From the IMG/VR virus record IMGVR_UViG_3300029305_001665: DNA of 64,000 nt, one strand, 5' to 3'. This stretch comes from a virus. Positions within the stretch are counted from its first letter, which is position 1, and each line of letters starts with the position of its first letter. Under the pieces are notes generated by a model that had not been told where the DNA came from, made no database searches, and saw only the letters and a list, made by a program, of their open reading frames with translations. Made by a program: the position numbers and the translations under genes. Below are positions 39,524-49,017 of the stretch, in pieces.

Positions 39524-41764
39524 TCACCTCTTAAATTTCCAGGGAACATAATCTTTTTTGCCGGTATAAAGAATATCGTGTTCTACAATATTATGAATGA
39601 TATGTTCTCTGAGAGTATCGTAGAATTGTACGGAGCCGTTCGCGTTTTGTGCTTCGCTTTGTTCTGCGATACGCAAACCGTAGAAAATTCTATCGGGAAC
39701 TTCGAGGTAGTCCTCTCTATTATTAAGAGATTTATCATGTTTAATAAATTTCATATCTTCAATATGATACATATTACTAAACCGATTGCCTACTAAAATA
39801 CCATTTGCGAAGAAACCGATATTATGTTCGGTCATCATATTAAAATATCTAACTGTTTTATCAGTCATAGGTTCGCAAGATACTACAATGGGCATACTAC
39901 CATCTTGTTTAAAGGTGTGTTCGCTTCCCATTTTGAAATTATTCGCATATATGAACTTTCCTTGCTCATAGTTAAAGAATCTATGGGAATTATGTTTTGC
40001 GCCAACAAGATCGATTTCAGTTCCGTCGCTAAGCACCGTATGCCAATATTTTGGCGAAACTCCCGGCGTCATAATCCAACACGGTTTTCTTGATTCTAAT
40101 TTACCTTCATCGAAGTTCCAAGTTAATAACTCATCATCGTAGGTAATTTCTTCGATAGGTTTAGTGCTACCGTCAGCAAGCGTAACCAGACTACCTTCTA
40201 CTATACATTCGTTGTATGCCGAACAAGATCCATCTGCGGTGACCTTTAATAAAGTCCAACCACTACCGGCGTCTTCCTCTGTTACACCAGAAGCATCTGA
40301 AATTATTACTCCGTAAGAGGAGGAATTGCCGACTAAATAAAGATATCCTGATGTACAGTCAACGGTGGTTGTACTAGAAATCGTTCCAAGAGAAGTTCCT
40401 GAAGCATCAGTTCCGTCATACACCGTAATTGAATTATATGTAGGGGTTATCGCAACCTTATATACAGTTCCAGTTTCACCTTCGTAGGTTCCCGTTACAC
40501 CTAAAATAACCACACCTTTTTTAATGTTTGCGGATAGTATATTAGGGTCTATCGCGGAAGTAACTCCTCTTATCGTTATTTTGTTAAATCCATCTACAGT
40601 AAAATTAGAAGAATCTATTGTATTATCCGATGTGCTGGGATCGACGTTAATTGCAGTTAAATTCATTTTATTAACAGTAACCGTCCCCAAACCGTCATAG
40701 CCTTCGTCAGCAGTTATTGTTTGGTCAGAAGTGGAAGGGCTTACCGTTTTGTCTTGTAATACCGGATCACCACTGGAAGGAACCGCTATAGTTGCGGTTA
40801 CTTTGCCAATGCCGTAATAACCTTCGGGAGTTTCTATAACATATTCTCCGTTTTCGGTTATTTCACCCGCATCGATATCTGTTAATTCGTGAACAGGCGG
40901 TTCGACATTTACCGTTACTTTACTCAGCCCATCGTAGCCTTCGTCTGCGGTATATTCTCCGTTGACCGTAGCGGTCTTTGTCTGTAAATTAGGATTAGGA
41001 TGCTGAACATGCACTATTACTTCTCCAAGACCGCAATAGCCGTTGTCTGGAGTAATTGTTACGTCCTCTTGTGTTATCGTTTCTTTATTTTGAAGTGAGG
41101 GTAGGATTAGTAAGGAATTGCGACACTGTTTATCTTCGGATGCTAACTCTACGCCATTTGTACTTGTTAAAGGTACTATATGCTCGAATAGCAATGCGAA
41201 GTATTCCGGATAAAATATCTCGGAAAATGAATTAGTAGAGACGCTTATCGGTTCATCGTGTTTTACTGCGCTGCAATAATGTCCAATCGTATCAAATTCT
41301 ACTTTATACCATCCTTCCTCAGTGTATGAAGTTCCTAAATCCTCGTTCACTTCGGGAAGATGCGCTGATGTAAAATACCAGTACGCATATTCAAAACCGT
41401 CACTCCTCACGGATAGCGTTGCTCTCGCTATACCGCTTTCTAATGCTCCTTGAGTGAAGTATATATAACCGTCAGAACGACCGTTAATCGTTAAATACCT
41501 TGCGACGCGTCTTTCGGCTTGTCCATCGTCATATTTAAATGTCGGTTTTTCGGGCATATTTGCCGATCGCAGATATCCATGAAAATAGTCAGTATAATCA
41601 AGCGCGCCGCCGTGGGTTGTATATTCGCCATTGTATACGGGTATATCGATAGTGACCGAATTTAACCCATACCAATGTTCGTCTGCCGTAACTACAGTGC
41701 CGTTTTCGGAAATTGTTTTATCCTGTAGTTTAGGCTCTATTAATAATTTTTTAAATGTTGCCAT
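39524..41764 (-). CDS. fibre-like repeat protein with C-terminal Hint (Hedgehog/intein-like, BIL-type) domain
   Basis: 746 aa. Internal (D/E)GYDGLG.VTV.V repeats. C-terminal block CIVEGSLVTLADGSTKPIEEI matches intein block A, Cys codon at 40205..40207. TPGVSPKYWHTVL is a TxxH-like block. FFANGILVGN is a degenerate C-terminal block with no downstream nucleophile. Confidence 0.55.
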   Translation of the reverse strand: MATFKKLLIEPKLQDKTISENGTVVTADEHWYGLNSVTIDIPVYNGEYTTHGGALDYTDYFHGYLRSANMPEKPTFKYDDGQAERRVARYLTINGRSDGYIYFTQGALESGIARATLSVRSDGFEYAYWYFTSAHLPEVNEDLGTSYTEEGWYKVEFDTIGHYCSAVKHDEPISVSTNSFSEIFYPEYFALLFEHIVPLTSTNGVELASEDKQCRNSLLILPSLQNKETITQEDVTITPDNGYCGLGEVIVHVQHPNPNLQTKTATVNGEYTADEGYDGLSKVTVNVEPPVHELTDIDAGEITENGEYVIETPEGYYGIGKVTATIAVPSSGDPVLQDKTVSPSTSDQTITADEGYDGLGTVTVNKMNLTAINVDPSTSDNTIDSSNFTVDGFNKITIRGVTSAIDPNILSANIKKGVVILGVTGTYEGETGTVYKVAITPTYNSITVYDGTDASGTSLGTISSTTTVDCTSGYLYLVGNSSSYGVIISDASGVTEEDAGSGWTLLKVTADGSCSAYNECIVEGSLVTLADGSTKPIEEITYDDELLTWNFDEGKLESRKPCWIMTPGVSPKYWHTVLSDGTEIDLVGAKHNSHRFFNYEQGKFIYANNFKMGSEHTFKQDGSMPIVVSCEPMTDKTVRYFNMMTEHNIGFFANGILVGNRFSNMYHIEDMKFIKHDKSLNNREDYLEVPDRIFYGLRIAEQSEAQNANGSVQFYDTLREHIIHNIVEHDILYTGKKDYVPWKFKR

Positions 41765-41765
41765 T

Positions 41766-43679
41766 TTATTCCTCCGTTATGCTCTCCGACGTACCCTGGA
41801 CTGCGTATACTATGTCATCTCCGGTAACTTTGATTACACGATAATTTTCATTATCTTCTATTTTTTCAGTATTTTCATATAGACTAATGAATGTGTACCA
41901 ATCATACGTATCGGTAGTAATTTTACGAGCCTGATCGAAATATATAGTATGATACTCTTCACCTTTATATGACGGTATTAATGCGTAATTCGAATCAGAA
42001 AGTATATTACCGCCTATAGTAGCTGAAAAACTACCTAAAGTTTCGTCCGGATTATCGTAAACTTTGAATTCTTTAGTTCCGGACTCTCCAATTACTAACA
42101 CTTTATATGAGTCGCTGGCAGGCTTTTGATCTTGCCCTGTTTCCGGTACGATGGTGATCTCTCCATCGCTTTCGACTAAAAATATAGCGCTGTCATTAGT
42201 CACATCCAAATAAGTAATATTTCCGGTTATATTTTGTATGTTTAACCAGCTATATTCATCCATAGGGTTTTCTAACTTAACGCATAAAAGTTTACTAGAA
42301 CAAGAAACCGTAGCAATATCTTGTCCATTATAACCTAAAGGACCTTGCAATAGATTTATTAGCTCCGAATGCAATATATCTTCGGTATCCATAGCATAGA
42401 CGCCTATTTCGCCCCATGTATCTTCGGGTACATTTATCGTTACGATATACTCGTTCGAGTCGGATACATTATCATCGTCGATTTTCATAATACCTGTTTC
42501 GACATGAATTGTTGCTTCGCCGTTAACGTTAAATTTAATAGCTGACGTACCGGTTGTTGACTCAGTCTCAATGTCTCCTGTACAATTAAAGTCGGAGAAA
42601 AATGGATGATAATCATCATTTCGGTCTTTCATTACTATATATAAGCATCCAGAAGTACATGTTACCTCAACGTTTGTTTTGTAATATGGATACTCTTCCA
42701 ATTTACCAACCAATGTTTCTTCTGATATACCATCTGGAGACGATGTATCGTAAACAAATATCGTTCCTTTGCGAGTATTTCCAGAAGTTATAGATACAGA
42801 ATGTTCGAACATTTCCGGATCTTCCGTCTCCTCTTCTTTTCGATTAGTAGTTGCGACGGCAGTTATACTGGCATCGCTATTAACTTTGAATAGTCGTCCG
42901 ATTCTACTCGATGAAATAAGAGTCATGTTCCCTGAAGTTACGTTTACTGTTTCCCATTCTACGGCATCGGTTACATCTAATTCGAAATATAAGTAGCCAG
43001 TTTTGCAAATTACGCCCGCTTTTGCGTAAACGGACTCTTTACCTCCGCCGAACACTGCGACGCAGTTTTCTTCTCTTGCCTGAAGATTATCATCGGTATC
43101 GTATACTCGGAATTTACCGGAGTTTATGTTCTCGGCGTCAATAATAACAACATATGCGGGGTCGTCACTTGGAACGATGATTTTCTCAGTCGAAACGTAG
43201 ACATCACCGTCAGTATTTACCTTTATTATTTTATAGTTAGACTCGTCTTCGATTAATTCTAGATCTCCGTTTCTAATGGATATGCTTTTAATTTCATTAT
43301 CGTACCCATCTTTGACTTTGATAAATAAATATCCTGATATACATTCGACAATATCCTTTGTTACTATATCTAATTTACCATTAGGAAGAAATGTTAACGG
43401 ATCTCTTAAAGCTCGCACTCCATCGCTATCATATATCTCAAATGGAGTACATGAAATGTTAGTTGTTATGGCGACCTCTGGTCTTAACATATAATATGTA
43501 TACTGAATGTATTTGTCGGTAGTCTGACCAATATAGTAATATACGCGTTCGAAATTTTTTTTGGTATATCTTTCTAATATTTCATCCATTTTATACGCGC
43601 TGTCTATTACTATCGGCACACCTTCAGGAGGCGAGACTAGACTTGCGAAAAAATATTTTTTGTCGTTAAAATAAATCAT
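41766..43679 (-). CDS. multi-domain repeat protein, paralog of the 43722..44525 gene
   Basis: 637 aa. Shares the N-terminus MIY(F/Y)NDKK with its neighbour. About six copies of a ~90-aa module ending in (V/I).C(T/K/I)(S/T)G(Y/F/C)L(Y/F). Confidence 0.5.
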   Translation of the reverse strand: MIYFNDKKYFFASLVSPPEGVPIVIDSAYKMDEILERYTKKNFERVYYYIGQTTDKYIQYTYYMLRPEVAITTNISCTPFEIYDSDGVRALRDPLTFLPNGKLDIVTKDIVECISGYLFIKVKDGYDNEIKSISIRNGDLELIEDESNYKIIKVNTDGDVYVSTEKIIVPSDDPAYVVIIDAENINSGKFRVYDTDDNLQAREENCVAVFGGGKESVYAKAGVICKTGYLYFELDVTDAVEWETVNVTSGNMTLISSSRIGRLFKVNSDASITAVATTNRKEEETEDPEMFEHSVSITSGNTRKGTIFVYDTSSPDGISEETLVGKLEEYPYYKTNVEVTCTSGCLYIVMKDRNDDYHPFFSDFNCTGDIETESTTGTSAIKFNVNGEATIHVETGIMKIDDDNVSDSNEYIVTINVPEDTWGEIGVYAMDTEDILHSELINLLQGPLGYNGQDIATVSCSSKLLCVKLENPMDEYSWLNIQNITGNITYLDVTNDSAIFLVESDGEITIVPETGQDQKPASDSYKVLVIGESGTKEFKVYDNPDETLGSFSATIGGNILSDSNYALIPSYKGEEYHTIYFDQARKITTDTYDWYTFISLYENTEKIEDNENYRVIKVTGDDIVYAVQGTSESITEE

Positions 43680-43721
43680 TAAAAAACCTCCTGAAGTACT
43701 CTAAACACATAATTATTATGT

Positions 43722-44525
43722 TTATCGTTCATAATGTGTATTTGTTTCGACGTGTATCGCACAGCCATCTGCAGTGATATAAAATATTAACCGATTATAT
43801 TCCGGTGTCATTCCGAAATGCACGTTTTCGCTGTAAGAATATTTAGAAAACCATAAATACTCTTCGTTAACGGGCAACGTGATACACAAAACATTTTTTG
43901 TGCACTGCAATGTTATTTCAGTAATATAATCTGGATAACTTTCCAGCGTTGCAACTAGATTTTCTTCATTATCTAATCCGTCATATATAAATATAGATCC
44001 AAAACGAGTATTTGCAGATGTTATCGTTACCGTAGGATATTTAGTATGCATAACAATCGAAACTGGACAATTAATTTTCGTGCACCAATAACGATTATTG
44101 ACGCCGCCGAATATAGAAATTATACTGTCTTGATCGGTCGCTATGTGCTCGCTAAAATATCCGGCTTCATCTTTTGCTATTTCGAAATACAAGAAACCGG
44201 ACGTACACGAAACGGTTATACTTTCTAGACCATTAACAGTGCCCAACAACGTTCCAGCATTTGAAGTTCCATCGTATATATTAAACGACGGAGTATCGGT
44301 GTCAAATTTAGAAATTGTTACATCCGGAAATAACTTATACCAACTGTTTTGCTCATATTGCTCGGTAGAAGGTCCGCAATAATGGTATATTTTATAATAG
44401 TTTTCTTTTTCAGTACCATTTAATAATGCTGTCATTTCAGCTTCGGTAAGAACCGGTTTAGTCATGCCCAGAACGTCTTTCGTATATTTTATTAGTGCGG
44501 TTTTTTTGTCGTTATAATAAATCAT
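43722..44525 (-). CDS. repeat-domain protein, short paralog of the 41766..43679 gene
   Basis: 267 aa. Two copies of the CTSGxLY-type module. Confidence 0.5.
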   Translation of the reverse strand: MIYYNDKKTALIKYTKDVLGMTKPVLTEAEMTALLNGTEKENYYKIYHYCGPSTEQYEQNSWYKLFPDVTISKFDTDTPSFNIYDGTSNAGTLLGTVNGLESITVSCTSGFLYFEIAKDEAGYFSEHIATDQDSIISIFGGVNNRYWCTKINCPVSIVMHTKYPTVTITSANTRFGSIFIYDGLDNEENLVATLESYPDYITEITLQCTKNVLCITLPVNEEYLWFSKYSYSENVHFGMTPEYNRLIFYITADGCAIHVETNTHYER

Positions 44526-44543
44526 GTAATACCGTCCTATATA

Positions 44544-47354
44544 TCATGTTTTTATCATACTATCAAATAAACAGTAATACATATCATAGTCACTTGGATC
44601 GCCTAAATATGCCGGTATGAATTCGAGATCTAAAGAGAAGTATTCGCCCACCTTATCGCGATCCGCTACGTTTCCTTTAATTCCGATATTCAAATTTACA
44701 CATTCTATTTCAAGGGTATGATTTTCATCGATCGGTTTTCCTTCGTTCAATACCCTTGTCGCAATTGTTATTGACAATACTTCGGAACTATTATATGCAC
44801 CACTTGAATCGCCCCGCACCATCTTTAATATTTTTACCCTATATTGCGTATCGGGGTACGGAACTACGTAATTATCTGTCGGATTTAGACGTAATGTCGT
44901 AGTCTTTTTTGTAAAACCGCTAAACCAAATAGGCTTTGTAGTAACAACTTTTCTAGAACCTGGTATTAGTGTTTGTTTAAACTCTTCTAATTCATACTGT
45001 CTGCTGATTCTTAGTAATTTCGCGATACCGTTATTTGGCACTGATAGTACTTTATATAATTCTTTTATTCTAGGATCCATAATGTAATCTCCCAGCGAGA
45101 CATTATCGACTATATGAGGATAGACTATTTCATTTAATGGTTTTTCAAACGCCTCATATGTTGGGGTAATTCCTTCTAGTTTATTAACCGGGGCGTCGCT
45201 AGCTCCCCAATATACAGTTAACGTAGCGGATTTAGATGGGGCGCCCATCTCGTAATAATACGATTTTACTTTAATATCGATTGACTTATCTACAATACCT
45301 AATGGATCGTAATCATATGTCGTTTCTTTATTACAAAATTTCACAACGTCATCGACATTATATTCACTTCCTTGAAAACCTTTAGAATATATAGAAGTAC
45401 ATATGTAACCATATAAAGTGTATACAAGTTTATTGAGATAATACTGACCTGATGGATGCAGTTCGCCGTACACTGCATCAACTCCTACTTGGCAACAAAT
45501 ATCTCTCATGATACCGTCGCCGTCATATTGATCAGGTCTTGTTAAATCGTTTTTCTTGTTTTTGAAACGGGTGTATGCATTCGATTTAGTGGAGAAACCT
45601 CTGAGTTCTACTGGTTTTGTCTCTCCATCCATGGTTACGAATACTGCTTTTGGCATGTAATTACTGGGTAATTGACTATACGTTGACGTCGTTAGAAATA
45701 TTTCAGCAGATCTATTGGCGAAAGAACTCTTATTTTTGTTTTTCATGTCCTTATATTCAGTTACATGCTGTATTATTGGCTCCGTGCCATTAGCATCATA
45801 GTAAAAACGTTTTGTCCAGTATCTTCCCGAATTGTCAGTATTCGAATCGTTGCTCGGTTGCGGTCTCGTAGATTCTGGGAATTTGATGTACGTATTGGAT
45901 CTTAGACCGTTATTGTCGTAAATATATAGTGGATTACCGTTGGCGTCATAATATTGATAACAGACCAGTTCATCTTTTATTGGCGAAACTTCTGGGAACT
46001 CAAAATCATAAGTAGTTACCATATAACTCGATGAATTATTGTTATACATCACATGCTGTTTATATTCGTCAACCACGATACCTTTCTCTAAGTAATCTAC
46101 CGTGTTCATGGTATTACTTAAATGTTCACGTGTCGTTTCTAATGATGTTTGTATATTCTCGTAGTTTTTATCAAGTTTTTCGATAGTTTCCGTAATGTAA
46201 TTCACGTCACTGTAATCGTCCGTAACAACACTAAGAATGTTCATATTATTAACGACGGCTTCGCCGTGTTTATTTTTTAAATCGTTGATTTCTTTCTCAT
46301 ATTGTTTACTTGTACCCGCGAACATCCATACGTCAGTTCCGTCAATTGTTTCTACATGATCATTCGGAGGATTTGGTAGTCTGAAATCTATTACGGGACT
46401 AGCCGGATTAGCGTTGTTAATATCAATGCTGGCAACCGGATTTTCTGCAGTCACATACTCTACTCTACCAACAGATAATTTAGGCGTTTCGCCGGTATCA
46501 CCCTTCTCGCCCTTTAGCGAAGAAATCGCTATTAAGTTTGTCCAGTTTTCGGGAGCATCTTCAGCATCACAGAGTTTCCATTGAATGTAGCCATCTGATG
46601 CTCTTAATTCGATATTATCGCCTTGTTCACCTTTTAGAGATAAGGACTCAACGACGGTACCGTCTATTTTATTTGTTATCTGGAGGATATTCTTCTCGCC
46701 GTAACCAGGATCGGTGGGATCTAAACTCAAATCTTCGACCCAGTCAAAGCTAGGAACAACTAATTTATTAAAACCTACGATATAATCGGGTGTTTCATCG
46801 GTTAATAAATCGTTATTGTTCATTCCTTTCATAACTTGAAGTACTTCGCAAATAGCGGTTGACCAGTTATAAAGAATTACACCATAAGTAGAAGGATCTT
46901 TGGGATCTGCGTTTGCACCAGCGTCAGTGCATATAAAATGAACTACGAATTCTATGTTACCAGCATATTGGGTAGCATTATTTGATATGTCCCATGAGAA
47001 ACGAAGCACTTCTTCGCCGTCATAATCTGTGGTATTGGGGTATACTTCAAGGTCCGTGACGTTGTATATATCTCTCCTCTTTTCGCTAGTAGTGGCTCCG
47101 GAATTGCGATAGTGAATTTGTACTATATTACACTCGCGCATGTCGTGGCCGTTAATATATCTTGGGATATCAAATACCATTTTAGTACTATTGGTTTCGT
47201 ACTGCATCAACGTATGTTTTTCAGTTTCTACAAATTCTTGCTCAGCTTTATCCCAAACAACGTGTATGATGCTTCTATCTTCGGGATTTATCGTGAAATC
47301 GAGTTCTTCGAATTTCATTATATCGACATTTTTAGTGTGTCCGTCTAAAGGCAT
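44544..47354 (-). CDS. large fibre-like protein with collagen-like Gly-X-Y triplets
   Basis: 936 aa. LKGEQGDNIE and LKGEKGDTGETPK collagen-like triplet runs, as often seen in phage fibres. Confidence 0.5.
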   Translation of the reverse strand: MPLDGHTKNVDIMKFEELDFTINPEDRSIIHVVWDKAEQEFVETEKHTLMQYETNSTKMVFDIPRYINGHDMRECNIVQIHYRNSGATTSEKRRDIYNVTDLEVYPNTTDYDGEEVLRFSWDISNNATQYAGNIEFVVHFICTDAGANADPKDPSTYGVILYNWSTAICEVLQVMKGMNNNDLLTDETPDYIVGFNKLVVPSFDWVEDLSLDPTDPGYGEKNILQITNKIDGTVVESLSLKGEQGDNIELRASDGYIQWKLCDAEDAPENWTNLIAISSLKGEKGDTGETPKLSVGRVEYVTAENPVASIDINNANPASPVIDFRLPNPPNDHVETIDGTDVWMFAGTSKQYEKEINDLKNKHGEAVVNNMNILSVVTDDYSDVNYITETIEKLDKNYENIQTSLETTREHLSNTMNTVDYLEKGIVVDEYKQHVMYNNNSSSYMVTTYDFEFPEVSPIKDELVCYQYYDANGNPLYIYDNNGLRSNTYIKFPESTRPQPSNDSNTDNSGRYWTKRFYYDANGTEPIIQHVTEYKDMKNKNKSSFANRSAEIFLTTSTYSQLPSNYMPKAVFVTMDGETKPVELRGFSTKSNAYTRFKNKKNDLTRPDQYDGDGIMRDICCQVGVDAVYGELHPSGQYYLNKLVYTLYGYICTSIYSKGFQGSEYNVDDVVKFCNKETTYDYDPLGIVDKSIDIKVKSYYYEMGAPSKSATLTVYWGASDAPVNKLEGITPTYEAFEKPLNEIVYPHIVDNVSLGDYIMDPRIKELYKVLSVPNNGIAKLLRISRQYELEEFKQTLIPGSRKVVTTKPIWFSGFTKKTTTLRLNPTDNYVVPYPDTQYRVKILKMVRGDSSGAYNSSEVLSITIATRVLNEGKPIDENHTLEIECVNLNIGIKGNVADRDKVGEYFSLDLEFIPAYLGDPSDYDMYYCLFDSMIKT

Positions 47355-47368
47355 TCTATCTATCCTCC

Positions 47369-47704
47369 TTAATTGCTTTCTGCGTTTATGTTTAATCTAA
47401 ATTCATACTCTTTAAGTTGGTCTTTTAACGCTTCGACCACAAATGAACTTGAAGGCGGATCAAATATTAATCTACATTTAATATAAATGTAAGTTTTAAC
47501 CGCCGTCATTTTACTATAACTTTCTTCGAGGAAGTCGGTCCAAGTCTCGCCCTCTCCAGTTACCATAAAACCTTCTTTGCCGACACCGATTTGGTTCAAC
47601 GCCATGATAGCAGAGTTAATTTCTATAATGATGTCTTCATCGAAATAGGTGTATTCTTGTACAGGACCGAGTTTCTTTTTAATTGATAAAAGTATTGACT
47701 CCAT
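47369..47704 (-). CDS. hypothetical protein (~111 aa)
   Basis: Internal ATG (MESILLS) with an AGGAGAAA RBS is preferred over the upstream in-frame start. Confidence 0.4.
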   Translation of the reverse strand: MESILLSIKKKLGPVQEYTYFDEDIIIEINSAIMALNQIGVGKEGFMVTGEGETWTDFLEESYSKMTAVKTYIYIKCRLIFDPPSSSFVVEALKDQLKEYEFRLNINAESN

Positions 47705-47717
47705 TTTGAATTTCTCC

Positions 47718-48146
47718 TTACTTCTTCCATGGACAGGTGTCGTTTTTAGTCCTCTCAACTGGATCTTTCACCAGTAAATCTTCTGTTCCATAATGTATAG
47801 CATTATGGGTATTATGAGATACGCAAATTAGATACTCAGGGTTGTAGACTAAATCGCTGTCGTTTTCGATATCTTCAAGGGTTATAGGGTTCATATGATG
47901 GACTATGATTTTGTCGTAGATTTCTCTATCTTTGATTCCAAGATCGCACCCGTTGTCCCTGATAATTACTTTACGTCTAGATTCTTGCCACTTTTTAGAT
48001 CGCTGGTATAGATATTGATTGATTGCTCTGTCCCAACCAAACGTGTCTTGACCAACGACACCTCTGAGTTGTAAGTATCTAAAACGTTCTTCGAAAGTTG
48101 GCAACCTGCGGAGTTCAGAGTATGTTCTAATATACATCGTCTTCAT
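47718..48146 (-). CDS. HNH endonuclease
   Basis: 142 aa. C-terminal VHHMNPITL...CVSHNTHNAIHYG matches the HNH motif (His-Asn-His with flanking Cys/His). Confidence 0.75.
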   Translation of the reverse strand: MKTMYIRTYSELRRLPTFEERFRYLQLRGVVGQDTFGWDRAINQYLYQRSKKWQESRRKVIIRDNGCDLGIKDREIYDKIIVHHMNPITLEDIENDSDLVYNPEYLICVSHNTHNAIHYGTEDLLVKDPVERTKNDTCPWKK

Positions 48147-48462
48147 CCTCAGTATTACCGCTGTATCTTTTCATAGCAGCAAGTGCATCTTTATAAAGCT
48201 CTTTAACCTCTTTCTGAGATTCTAATGCTTCTGTTTTAGCTCTGAGGAGTTTGTTCTCTTCTTCTAGTCGTTCCTTTTCTAGCTTAGCTGTGGTTGAACC
48301 TAGCTTAAGATAGTGAGTTATGACTTGTGAAGAGGCTGTACCCTCTCTTAATTGTTTCTCGGCCAAGTCTACCGCCAGAGAGATGAGCTGATTCTCTCTA
48401 GTTTCGGGATTTATGGCCGGTCTTTTGACTTGAACGGATTTCGAGTCTATTACTTTAGCCAT
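48127..48462 (-). CDS. small DNA-binding-like protein with coiled coil, candidate terminase small subunit or late regulator
   Basis: 111 aa. Sits just downstream of the GC-rich repeat region and just upstream of the HNH gene; HNH and terminase small-subunit genes are a common pairing. Sequence support is weak. Confidence 0.3.
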   Translation of the reverse strand: MAKVIDSKSVQVKRPAINPETRENQLISLAVDLAEKQLREGTASSQVITHYLKLGSTTAKLEKERLEEENKLLRAKTEALESQKEVKELYKDALAAMKRYSGNTEDEDDVY

Positions 48463-48738
48463 ACTCTCAGCCTCCTTTGTATGGTTTTAGTATTAGTTGT
48501 TAAGTAGTTTGTGACAGTACTTACTAAGATCCACATGACTTTCACATGATTTATTTACCGAAAGGAGAAAGAAAAGTCCTACACCACTAATTAGCCATGT
48601 GGACCTTGGTAAATACTGCCTTTCCGCCGGGGAAAATATAGAAAAGTTTTCTGAAAATATACCCCCGGGGAAAAATATAAGACCGGCGCGATGCTAGGAG
48701 GGGGTGTATTTTTGGCGACCCCCCCCTATGTTTAATGG
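48463..48738. promoter_or_regulatory. GC-rich repeat/palindrome region at the head of the late gene block (candidate cos/pac site or late promoter)
   Basis: In otherwise AT-rich DNA: ccgccggggaaaatatagaaaag and cccccggggaaaaatataagacc direct repeats, a palindromic CCCCGGGG, and a G8...C5 hairpin (ggagggggtg...gacccccccc). Confidence 0.35.
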
Positions 48739-49017
48739 TCACTCATCGTCGCCTTCATCTGTCATTTCTGCAGTATTCATGTAGATTTTCTTGTAAATAT
48801 GTAAAGGATCGTGATAAATTATTTCATCAATTGCTCTTTCTGTTTCGATTTTTACTTCTTCTTCAGTCATGTTATCTTTAATCTTTGCGATTCGATCTAA
48901 GTAACCACAAGAATTGTAACCTTTTTCAATGTCAAACAAGAACCAAGCTTTAAAGTCATCGAAAGGATTGAAAGGATTGTCAATTGTAGTTAACATACAT
49001 TGTTTTCTCATAATCAT
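48739..49017 (-). CDS. hypothetical protein (92 aa)
   Basis: Start overlaps the stop of the polymerase-like gene by 4 nt. Confidence 0.4.
   Translation of the reverse strand: MIMRKQCMLTTIDNPFNPFDDFKAWFLFDIEKGYNSCGYLDRIAKIKDNMTEEEVKIETERAIDEIIYHDPLHIYKKIYMNTAEMTDEGDDE

Noticed and set aside
48127-48462. Confident terminase small subunit annotation
   Set aside because: Only position (beside the HNH gene and the GC-rich site) supports it. TerL is 12 kb away and no HTH is evident. Kept as a low-confidence candidate.
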